A stretch of DNA of 64,000 nucleotides, taken from positions 18,354,001 through 18,418,000 of the forward strand of contig NC_087250.1 of NCBI RefSeq assembly GCF_037042905.1. Reading direction: 5' to 3'. Below, piece after piece: positions 14,226-25,720 of the stretch. The DNA is from Lytechinus pictus (taxonomy: Eukaryota). The notes below the pieces were generated by a model. That model saw only the letters and a list, made by a program, of their open reading frames with translations, did not search any database and was not told where the DNA came from. The position numbers were made by a program, and so were the translations under genes. Each line of letters opens with the position of its first letter. Positions within the stretch are counted from its first letter, which is position 1.

Positions 14226-14833
14226 CCACCCAAGGCAAGGGTTCATTACATGCCACGCACAGAAAAATCAAGCCATAGAAGTCGTGTGTTGTGGACCCAA
14301 GAAGTGAGATCCCAGACGCCTCCAGGCTAAGCACGCGCGACCCACTAGTTAGAAATCCACTGCCAAACGCGGTTCGTGGTGCGGGGTTAGTATACTTAAT
14401 ACGTGTGAGTGGCACAATTCCAGCAGATTTTTTCTTCAGATTTCTAAAACTGGTCAGGACTCAGGCAGGCAATTAAATTATTTAGGAGCACTGAGTGGTA
14501 TGGACCATGGCTGAAAATCTGCTGTTTCAGAGGAATGTTTAAGTTTTTATTATACACAGAATTATATCACCATGATGCCGATGTCATGAAGCCAGACAAA
14601 TTTTCAGCAGTGATTGATTCCTGGCCAAAATCACTCACACGTATTGCGAGGTTAGTATTAGTATACTACTAGTACGTATTGCGAGGTTAGTATTAGTATA
14701 CTAACCACGAACCGCGTTTGGCAGTGGATTTCTAACTAGTGGGTCGCGCGTGCTGGGATCTCACTTCTTGGGTCCACGACTTCTATTGCTTGAATTTTCT
14801 GTGCGCGGCGGCATGTAATGAACCCTTGGGTGG
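14226..14833. mobile_element. Foldback/MITE-like element with ~170-bp inverted arms
   Basis: gggttcattacatgcc...ccactgccaaacgcggttcgtggt pairs with accacgaaccgcgtttggcagtgg...ggcatgtaatgaaccc. No clear TSD. Confidence 0.65.
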
Positions 14834-14941
14834 GCCAAAATTAGAGTCTGGTGTTTCTTTCTGATTAGAGTGTTGCTGCATATATGTATGCGTAATGCCT
14901 TCAACAATGAAGATAAATGCAATCTTTGTAATGACACAGAG

Positions 14942-15132
14942 ACTCAGAGAGCACCGTACCTCAAGTGATGTTCGTGTAGTCTCCACTTCACTACTGGAGT
15001 ACTGCTACAGCCTACACTACGCTACACACTTACCCGGGTAGGTGTGGCGTACATGTACGGTAGTGTAGCGGTAGTGAAGTGGAGTGGGGCCTACACAAAC
15101 ATCACTTGAGGTAGAGCACCAGTGTTCTGAGT
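14942..15132. repeat. ~190-bp imperfect hairpin (probable small MITE)
   Basis: tacctcaagtgatgttcgtgtag pairs with ctacacaaacatcacttgaggta, centred on tacccgggta. Confidence 0.55.
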
Positions 15133-17859
15133 GGAACTTTTCAGGTGTCTAAACCTACTATCATTTGTTGTTGACCGGGAATTACATGCCACCGCACGTC
15201 ATCAATCATCACGATAATTAAATTCATACTTTGATTTGATTATTTAAACTATTTCTTTTTTTCTCTCTTCTACACACAGATCTGCACAATTGCTAACTCT
15301 GGTGACTTCTGGTCTCTGCTTGCTACCTCAATCTGGGAGATTCCATCATGTCCTTTTACTATGATTTGGATATAGCCATTTTTTTCTTCACTCTTTCCAG
15401 GACCTACGGTTTGCAAGTTGTGGAATGATAATGATACAAAAGAAAAAATTTCTTTATCAATCTTGGAAACAATTTTGAGCACAGTTTTGGAGAGAACTAA
15501 GAAATTTTACTCGGACAGGAATACAGCTTGTCAAAAATAATAACACACAATTTAAAACGAAAGAACAATTTTAATGTTACTAGGGCATTTTGCGAGAAAT
15601 GTTATACTCAATCACACGTCCCAAATCAAGGGAAAGTCCTTTGATTAAACATGTAGTTGAATTGCGATTGCAACTCGACCTTATTACGCTTGAATTTGAA
15701 TTTAAGACTTACGCTTGATTTGCAATTGAACATAAGTTTCTTGCAGTGCCCCATAATTATGTTTTGTTATCAGATATTTAACGTGCTGATTTTTCTCGAA
15801 AGGTATAATATATTTGTCCTTTTAAACGGTATTTGAATATGGGTACGCCTTTTATTTGTTTTCCACAATATTTATTGCATGTATGAACAGAAGTGAAATA
15901 TTTATTGTGAAGCACTGTGAATGTTGTGTGATGGTTCATCATCAGACTGAAAGCCTGGTGGATGTGAGGAAGTGGCCTGGATGAAAGAAAAGTGAACATG
16001 TGTCCAATTACTGATTTGCATATTCTAAGACAATTTTGTTTCTGGATAAATTTTGCTATGCATTCCCTACATTAAAAGTAAAGGAGAAGTCCACGCAATC
16101 AAAAATTCATTTGAATTTAAAGAAAAATAACAAGATATTGCAGGAAATTTCATAAAAACTTTGATTCAAATTTATATAATTACTATTTTAACAGTTCCGT
16201 AAATATAACCTATTGTGATCAGATGAAGAGTTTCCTATCGTCAAATCTGCAAAGAATAAAAAACAAAATGCCACAAAAAATAGAAACGAATGTGATGTGA
16301 GTGACAACTCTAATTTGCATATCATTGTTTTGTGTATATGACTGTTTTGAGTAAAAACAACAAGGGAAATCACTCTATTCAAATAATTTTTAGTTGATGT
16401 GGACTTGACTTTTAACTCTACCCCTCCCATCCCAAATAAGAGTAGAAATAATCTAATCAAGAACTTGAAAATCAAAAGCAGCAATTAAGAAGCAAGATTT
16501 GATAAATACAGGTCTGAATAGAATTTCACAAGAAAATAAAAAGAGAAAAAAAAGATGGGTAGGGACGGGGAAGGAATTAAAAAAAAATACCCAGAAAAAA
16601 AAAATCCGAGTTTCGAACTAGGGTCCTCGCACATGACAAAACAATGGCCAACGCATTTGGCCACAGACCATCGCCCTAACAGGAAGGCATTTTTAAGATA
16701 TATGAAAGAAAGTCCGCTCGCCGCTGTTTCCTAATAATGCTTCGGCAATTCAACTGCAATTTCAGTCATTTCGCGATGGATATTGCCGTGTTTTTTTTGT
16801 GATTCCTGACTTTGCTACTTAATAAAATTTCATAATTTTTGTTCAGTCATAAAGAATAATGTCTATGCTTTATATTGACTATAACATTAATGTGACGCAA
16901 GTGTGATTTCTACGTGAAAATATGCTTTGTTTATTCACCTATATTTCTTGAAAAAAAAAAAAAATTCTAAGCTAAATATCGGTCACCAAAATACGTTAAA
17001 TGTGCATTTTTTTTCACTGTTCAGTAAATTCAAACTTTTATCTATATAACAAGACCAATCTTAAGAGGAATAAACAATTCTAAGAGCAAAAAACGCTGAT
17101 TGGAAAGATCGTCTCCAATGGGCTGCTGTCAGCTCAGCTGCTCACTGCTCATTGTGTGACGTCACTCAGCTGGAGCTCGCAAGAGGACCGGTGGAAGGCA
17201 GAAATATGGCATGAAAATAAATCATTTTTGAGAGCTGATTTCTGCAATCTCTGATCACTATTTTGAAAAGTGAAGTTATATATCTGATTAGTAATACTTC
17301 CCCTTTACAATGATGACCACATAAAGTCATTATAAAATACTTTTGATTCTTTGGATGTATACTTTAATATACATATTTTCAGCCCGAAGTACCTCCAAAA
17401 CAAGCTGTGTATCTGAATAAACATGCGTGCGCGTGTTTAGAGTTAGACCTAATATCTGGGCATTCTAAATACACTTTTTTTATTATAAAAATCACTAATG
17501 CGAGCGCGAAACGCGAGGAGAAAATATTTGATATTCCGATCTGAAAAAGGGGTGAATTTTAACACTATTTTAAGTACTGGAAAGGAAAATTCTGAAGGGG
17601 GGATGTTATTGGAATATGTAAAAGACTATGAAAACGATTTGCGATTGTCGGATGTGATAATTATGTACATTATAACATATTTAAAAATATACAGGGAGGA
17701 ACCTGATTTTCGTGGGGGTGCTGCCTATGGAAAATAATACACGCAGCACCCCCAGGAAAATTTCTGGGGATGCTTTAGTACCCCAGCACCCCGCTTCCCA
17801 GGTCCATGCTTGCCAAGTGCTAAAGAATATTCTTGCATTGATTTCATGGACGGGTTTGG

Positions 17860-18803
17860 TAGACTCAATCGCCAAAAAGGCTAATTCACGCTTGAAATTT
17901 TTGTATAGATATCAAACCTGTTTGAATATGAAGTCTAGACGTATTTTATGCTTTGCGTTAATACAATGTTTATTCGACTATGCTAATGCGGCTTGGTACG
18001 GTAGTCTGGGTGTTAATACGGATATGAAAAAGCTAAGAATAATTCAAAATAAAATTGTGAGATATATAAATGTTTTAGGACCAAGAGCACATGTCGGATA
18101 TAATAAACTTGAAAAGGCAGGATTGCTTTATGTAGATCACAGGTCACAACAATTAGTAAATACACCACGTGCATAAAATATTCTATTCGGATAAATTAGA
18201 TCATTATATAGCAAATAATTCCACCCATGTATCAAATATCCATAGGTACGATACTTGAAATAGTAATTTTAATTTCGTATTACCAAAACGTGAAGGACAT
18301 ATTGGAAACACTTTTTATTTTAATGGCATCCAATCTTGGAATGCTCTTCCTGAAAAATAAAAGCCGTTAAATTCTTTTGTCAATTTAAGAGTGCATTAAA
18401 AAATCACCTAAAACTTGAAGCTGCCCAAGAACAGCATTACCAGTAAAATAACACATTTTGTACAGTTGGTTTCTACTATTGTAGATAATGTATACATTAG
18501 GGTATGTTAAAATATAATCTTGTTTCACATATTAGGAAGATTATTGTTTGCTTCAGATGTTTGCAAATTATATGACTGATGGATATTTTTGTATGTATTT
18601 TATTTTATTTTTTCCCCCAATATTCCAGTACTTGTCGTAGTTTATATTTTTTGTTACGATATGTTAATGTTTTATACTAACTATAGGACCCCATTGGAAA
18701 TAAGCCTTTCGGCTTTCATGGGCTATCCTGTCAAGGTATTTCCTCAATTTCATTGTAATCTCCTGTGATATTCTTGACGGATAAAATCAATCAATCAATC
18801 AAT
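17860..18803 (+). mobile_element. 5'-truncated L2/Crack-type LINE (RT C-terminus, 3'UTR and (TCAA)n tail)
   Basis: ORF 17712-18176 contains KKANSRLKFLYR...LIQCLFDYANAAWY...KLRIIQNKIVRYI. 3' stem-loop region at 18686-18730 and tail ataaaatcaatcaatcaatcaat at 18781-18803. Confidence 0.82.
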
Positions 18804-19708
18804 GTTCATTTCATGGCCTGCCGACGTCGGAGTCGAGCGTAACAGCGCTCGTTTCGTATCCCTTCCGCCCTTTTCAGTATTCGGACAGTATATACCTTTT
18901 AATTTCCGGACAGCTGGCAAAACACGCGCGCGCGCTCATTATCGATACTATTGTTTTATTTTTTATGAAGTGCGACGATCGATGGAGGGGTCTTCTTTGT
19001 TTTAATTTAAATAAAGGGGTGGATGAGCTTATTAATTGTTTGCTTTTATTTAAATTATGATCTTATTGATTCAAATTATAAAGGGGGCTTCATTGTTGTT
19101 TGTTTTTATTTCATTTCTTATTGAATAAATTATTCATAGTGATTGAAATGATAAGGGGGGGGGGCTCTTTTTATTTATTATATTTTTTATTCTTAGTAAA
19201 TAATGATAAAAGGGGAGAAACATGGCTTGTTAATTCCGTATTTAAAAAAAATCTCATTCTTATAGAGATTGGATTCAATAATAGCATTGCTTTATTCTTT
19301 GTTGTTTTTTATCTTACTTTTCATTTTGTGATTAGAATGATAAAAGGATGAGGCGGGGCTTCTACGTTGTTTATTTGTTTTCTAATTTATTTTTATTTAG
19401 TGATTAAAATGGTAAAGGGGGAGGGTAGGCAGATGTTTGTTTTCTTAGATTTATATTTTTAGTGATTTAAATGGTTAATGATTTTTATTTTACTAATTAA
19501 AATGGTTGGTATAAGGGATGGTAGGCATGTGTTTTTTTTTACCGTTTTTTTTTTAAATTTTTCTTAGTGATTGAAATAAAATAAATTTATCATAATACAT
19601 ATAGTCATGTAAATTATTTCTTTTATATTTTTTTATTCTTAAAATTGCAATTAGCCAAAGTACCTGTTCCTGCTGCCCGCCTTCTATCTTATTCATTCTA
19701 CTTAGGGT

Positions 19709-20131
19709 TACGCTTCGTAATTCCGAAGGTTCTTTATTCCGAAGGTTCGTAATTCCAAATTGCCTATACCTCGATGTTCGTTAATCCGAAAACGTAAAAG
19801 GTTTCGTTAATCCGAACATTTGTGGCGTTATTCCGAATGTTCGTTTTTCCGAAGGTTGGATAATCCGAAAACGGAATAAGGTTTGCTGTTCACTAGGTTC
19901 GTTAATCCGAAAACGAAATAAGGTTAGTTGTTCCGAAGGTTCGTTAGTCGGAAAACGAAATAAGGTTCGTTAATCATTTCGTTTTCGGACTAGCGAACCT
20001 TCGGAATTACGAACCTTTCATTTTCGGATTAACGAACCTTCGGAATTACGAACCTTATTTCGTTTTTAGATTAACGAACCTTCGGAATATCCGAACCTTC
20101 GGAATAACGTAGCTTCGGAATTACGAATGTA
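19709..20131. mobile_element. MITE built of ttccgaaggttcg subrepeats in inverted arrangement
   Basis: ttcgtaattccgaag at the left end and cttcggaattacgaa at the right end; the subrepeats switch strand at ~19975. Confidence 0.75.
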
Positions 20132-21269
20132 TGCGGTATGCGTTTATAGTGTACTGCACACCTCTGTCCCTCCTGTCTCCTCCCCCTAACTTCCCCCTCT
20201 CTTCTAATATTATAAAACGTAATTTTTTCTCACATGATCCATCAGTTACGTTTTTGTCAAGTGCACAAAAATTGTTTGTATCTATTTTTAAACAAAATTA
20301 TTATTACGACTCAATATCTATTTGTTGTAATTTTGTAATGTAACTAAGATAGGGGCTTGCCTCTTGTACAAGCTTTGCTTTTTTCGGCAAGTCCCTCCGT
20401 TTTACTTTTAAATACAAATGTCATTTGAAATAACTTTATTTACTGAATTGTGTTACTTAAATCTATGATTATGTTAGATATATATTATATGTTGTCTTGC
20501 AGTATTTTCGACCTTGTTATGTTATGTTTATCATGTACAATTGTGAAACGGAAATAAATCTAATCTAATCAAATCTAATCAAATTAAATTTATATTAAAG
20601 TTATGAAGCCAAAATATTAATATACTACCACTATTTTTAATGTATGATGTAGTGAATTAATTATTTACAATACTGTTGTGGAACAAAAATGTCCATCATG
20701 CGGTAAATTTATCTCTTGTGTTTTTTTTTTCGCTAGGGTGGGGGGCATTTATGGTTTGGATTATGCCCATCCCCACTTAAACTGTATTTAATATATGTGC
20801 ATCTGCTTTTTCAGTTGATCAGTTGTTTATATCATATTTATTCTCGTTTTGAAAATGTCAGTGGACACACTTTGATTTATTATTCATTTATTCTGTAGCA
20901 ACAGGCCCCTCTCCTACTAAGAATAAAAATACTATTGTTTAAGATTATTATTGTTTGATATAAAGTTTATATATATGTTTTATTCTTGTGTATGTTACCT
21001 TATAAGTCCAGGTCGGGGAGGAAAGCCTGCGCCAGTAATTTCTTTCACAGGCAACTTGGACTTGTACTGTAAACATCCCTGTTCATTTTGTCATTGTAGC
21101 CTTGTAGGCCCTATATTCTCATGTAAACTGTTTAATTGTAAACTTTTTTTTGTTGAAATGCGGAATAAAATAATGATAAAGAAGAAGAAGAAAGAAGAAG
21201 AAAAAAGAAGAGGAAGTAGAAGATAACAAAAAAGCAGAAGAAAGGGAAATAAACTGAGACCTCCATTAA

Positions 21270-21869
21270 AGGACAAGTCCACCCCAACAAAAAGCTGATT
21301 TGAATAGAAAGAGAAAAATCAAACAAGCATAACGCTGAAAATTTCATCAAAATCGGGTGTAAAATAAGAAAGTTATGACATTTTAAAGTTTCGCTTAATT
21401 TCACAAAACAGTTATATGCACACCCTGTTCGGTATGCAAATGAGGGAACCGATGACATCACCCACTCATTATTTCTTTTGTATTTTATTACATGAAATAT
21501 TTTGATTTTCTCGTCACTGTCATGTGAAACGAAGTTTAATTCCTCCCTGAATACATGGAATTCCATTATTTTAACATTTTGTGGTTCAAGCAAGGGGGTC
21601 CTAATTGCCAAATTCGTAAAAAGGCAAAATTGTATAATTCAAAAAATAAAAAAACAAAAGAAATAGTGAGTGAGTGACATCATCGACTCTCTCATTTGCA
21701 TATCACTGGGTTGAGCATATAACTATTTTGTGAAAAATAAGCGGAACTTTAAAATGTCATAACTTTCTTATTTTACATCCGATTTTGATGAAGCTTTCAG
21801 CGTTATTCATGTTTGATTTTTCTCTTTCTGTTCAAATCAGCTTTTTGTTGGGGTGCATGGACTTGTCCT
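21270..21869. mobile_element. Kolobok-like MITE (600 bp, TTAA TSD)
   Basis: TTAA|aggacaagtcca...tggacttgtcct|TTAA with ~125-bp imperfect TIRs. Confidence 0.88.
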
Positions 21870-23308
21870 TTAATGGAGGTCTCATTTTATTCCCCTTTCT
21901 TCTGCTTTTTTGTTATCTTCTACTTCCTCTTCTTTTTTCTTCTTCGCCTTCTTCTTTTTCTTCTTCTTCAATCCTTTTCTTCTTCTTCTTTATCATTATT
22001 TTATTCGGCATTTCAACAAAAAAGGTTTACAATTAATCAGTTTACATGAGAATATAGGGCCTACAAAGCTACCATGACAAAATGAACAGGGATGTTTACA
22101 GTACAACACCAACATGTTATTTTTTTTTTGATTTTTTTTTTTTACATCTATCTCCATTTTTTCACCTATCAGGATTCTGCACAACGTCAAAGATGTATTG
22201 GTGTAAGAAATGTTTATCTTCCAGCCCTTCCCCCCTTTCCCACACTTTTATTTTTTTCTTAATTCTCTCTCCCCTACTCGTTACCTAATTCTCTTTCTTT
22301 TTCACTTTCTTCTCCTTTTCCTCTTCACCAGTCTTTTTCTTCTCAATTTCTCTTCGACCTCATCCCCCCTCTTTTATTTTTATATGCATGTCCACTCCTT
22401 GCATTTCCCTCCTTCATGCAGTATTACCTTTTTATTTCATCTTTCGACTAATCTTCCTTCTCTCTTGTCTTTTAATATTCAGCCTCCATTGCCTTTCCGT
22501 ATATAGGCCTACTCTACTCGTTTCTTTTCAATTTCTTCCATGCATATATTTTTTTTACTCCCTTGCAAATACCATGCAAGAAAGAGAAAACACGAAAATT
22601 TTCATAAAAATAAAAAAAAAATATTGGCCTGTCATGTACCGCTAGCACTAACTTTAATAGATAGCAAGAAATCCTTCCCTGACTCTGGCCGAGCTGAGCT
22701 GATATCCGTGTATTACATCAGGGAAGTGTTATTACATCAATCCCACATGCACAATGCATGAAGCTATGCACATTGCATGCACACAGCTGATAACATGTAC
22801 AAAACGTAAAACTATTACGTAATAGCTCCATGGTTGCACTGTTGTTCGGCGCGGTGATTGACAAGTAACTCATGCATATTTATGAAGCACTCGTCCGTTG
22901 ACCTTTGACCTCTGACGTCACCGCTGAGCAACTGTTCTAGACGATATTTTCTCGGAGTACAGGTTCTCGGTTTTGCGCGCACACTCGGCTGGGCGTACGC
23001 ACGGAATAGAACGTATATCGCGGTGCAAATAGATTCGTTTAATATCGTCTAGAATTTTCTCGGAGTACAGGTTCTCGGTTTTGCGCGCACACTCGGCTGG
23101 GCGTACGCACGGAATAGAACGTATATCGCGGTGCAAATAGATTCGTTTAATATCGTCTAGAACTAGACTACTCGAGCGAGGCAACAGGCCCGAAATTCCG
23201 AGCATGCGCACTTTCGGATCTTGGAGTTTCAACGGCGCGCGCTTTTGAATAACTTCCCGCGATAGGCAATCAATGTACATACTCCTTTCACTGGCAGGCT
23301 TTTATGAG

Positions 23309-25128
23309 CCCAGGACCAAAATCCAATTGAAACCAGTTGGATTTCCAACTGGTTTCAATTGGTTTCAATTGGTTTCAACTGGTTTCAATTGGTTTTAACT
23401 GGAATTTAACAATTTCCAGTTGAAACCAATTGAAACCAGTTGGGCAACTGGAAATCCTAACTGGAACCAGTTGGGTAACTGGAAATGACTTCCAATTGGG
23501 AATGATTTCTAACTGGAACCAGTTGAGTAACTGGAAATCCCAACTGGAACCAGTTGGGCAACTGGAAATCCTAACTGGAACCAGTTGGGTAACTGGAAAT
23601 GACTTCCAATTGGAAATGATTTCTTACTGGAACCAGTTGAGTAACTGGAAATCCCAACTGGAACCAGTTGGGCAACTGGAAATCCTAACTGGAACCAGTT
23701 GGGTAACTGGAAATGACTTCCAATTGGAAATGATTTCTAACTGGAACCAGTTGGGCAACTGGAAATCCTAACTGGAACCAGTTGGGTAACTGGAAATGAC
23801 TTCCAACTGGAAATGATTTCTAACTGGAACCAGTTGAGTAACTGGAAATCCCAACTGGAACCAGTTGGGCAACTGGAAATCCTAACTGGAACCAGTTGGG
23901 TAACTGGAAATGACTTCCAATTGGAAATGATTTCTTACTGGAACCAGTTGAGTAACTGGAAATCCCAACTGGAACCAGTTGGGCAACTGGAAATCCTAAC
24001 TGGAACCAGTTGGGTAACTGGAAATGACTTCCAATTGGAAATGATTTCTAACTGGAACCAGTTGGGCAACTGGAAATCCTAACTGGAACCAGTTGGGTAA
24101 CTGGAAATGACTTCCAACTGGAAATGATTTCTAACTGGAACCAGTTGGGTAACTGGAAATCCTAACTTGAACCATTCAGTTGTGTAACTGGAAATCCTAA
24201 CTGGTACCAATTGGGTAACTGAGATGACTTCTAACTGGAAAGATGGGTAACTGGAAATGAATTCTAATTGGAACCAGTTGGGTAACTGGAAATTATTTCC
24301 AATTGGTTTCCAATTGGAAATTTTCCAGTTACCCAACTGGATCCAATTGAAACCAGTTAATTTGCATATTATTTGCCAGTGTGCACAGATTAATGTTTTA
24401 TGAGATTAATCATCATTAACAATGTATCTATTTAATTCTTTACAATTTCAAGTACCACACTTTTTAAAGATTAGTATTTAGAATACTTAGCAGTGAAAAC
24501 CATGTTCATAAATGTTATAGATTATAATTAAAACAGATTAAAGGATAATTAGTACACCACTAACTGTTACCAAATTACATCAAATAAAAGTACATATATT
24601 TGAAGATCTTCCATATAAATATATATACATGAAAGTCTGTATTTTATCAATGCCCTTTACATTGGTATTAATAGACATATAACACTGCTTCTGTGTTGGC
24701 ATGAGAAATAGTTACTGCAAATGCTAATTAATTTGTAACTAATTAAGTTCGTTCCAACTGGAAGTTCCAATTGGATCCAGTTGGAAACCAATTGGTTTCA
24801 ACTGGTTCCAGTTGAAACCAGTTGCCTCCAATTGGTTTCAACTGGAACCAATTGAAACCAGTTGCCTCCAATTGGATTCAATTGGTTTTAATAGGGAAAT
24901 TGGAACAACTGGAACCAATTGACAACAATTGCCAACTGGTTCCAGTTGCCCAATTGGTTTTAACTGGAACCAATTGGCAACTGGTTTTCAATTGGTTTTT
25001 AACTGGAACCAATTGGCAACTGGTTTTCAATTGGAACCAGTTGTTCCAATTTCCCTATTGAAACCAGTTGGCCAACTGGTTTCAATTGGTTTTGCCCTAA
25101 TTGGTTTTAACTGGATTTTGGTCCTGGG
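23309..25128. mobile_element. 1820-bp CMC/EnSpm-like non-autonomous element (CCC...GGG, 2-bp TSD) nested in the left TIR of the foldback element
   Basis: TIR cccaggaccaaaatcca/tggattttggtcctggg; TSD AG (23307-23308, 25129-25130). The intact right TIR (reverse complement tatgaggcgccgaatg) shows the empty state. Confidence 0.9.
23430..24300 (+). repeat. Internal minisatellite: ~114-bp higher-order unit built from aactggaaccagtt palindromic monomers
   Basis: 38-codon periodicity visible in the spurious ORFs at 23430 and 23813. Confidence 0.85.
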
Positions 25129-25324
25129 AGGCGCCGAATGTACCAATATTATATAGAACAATTATTTGTTATATAATCATTATTTATTAAATAATAACTA
25201 TTATTTATATATAATTTACATTTTATTTGTAAATAACTACTATTATATAAAATATCATTTCTAATTATTTATATATAATTCCAAGTAATACTTCATTATT
25301 TGTAAATAATAATAGTTCGACATT

Positions 25325-25720
25325 CCATTATTTATAAATAATGATTATTTGTTTTTCATTATTTATAAATAATGATTATTTGTTTTTCATTATTTACAAA
25401 TAATGATTATTTGTTTTTCATTATTTATAAATAATGATTATTTGTTTTTCATTATTTATAAATAATGATTATTATTATTATTGTATTTACAAATAATGAT
25501 TATTTGTTTTTCATTATTTATAAATAATGATTATTTGTTTTTCATTATTTATAAATAATGATAAATGGTTTTTCATTATTTATAAATAATGATTATTTGT
25601 TTTTCATTATTTACAAATAATGATTATTTGTTTTTCATTATTTATAAATAATGATTATTTGTTTTTCATTATTTATAAATAATTTGTTGAGTTTTCCATT
25701 ATTTATAAATAATGATTATT
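25325..25720. repeat. 31-bp AT-rich tandem array (outer domain of the foldback arm; mirrored at ~28900-29320)
   Basis: Unit ttatttataaataatgattatttgtttttca, containing the 18-bp palindrome cattatttataaataatg. Confidence 0.88.

Larger units (their letters stand above)
12008..23170. mobile_element. 11,163-bp non-autonomous composite TIR transposon with ~250-bp TIRs and 8-bp TSD
   Basis: TIRs 12008-12254 and 22913-23170 start tagtctagttctagacgatatt and are identical apart from an 11-bp indel. TSD CTCGAGCG at 12000-12007 and 23171-23178; empty site cccgCTCGAGCGaggc in copies 1 and 2. Confidence 0.93.

Noticed and set aside
17712..18176. 154-aa ORF as a host gene or transposase of the 11-kb element
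   Set aside because: It is a LINE RT C-terminus fused by chance to MITE sequence, with stops downstream.
23430..24336. Repetitive ORFs / CRISPR-like periodicity
   Set aside because: Pure tandem minisatellite inside a MITE; no unique spacers, no cas genes, eukaryotic context.
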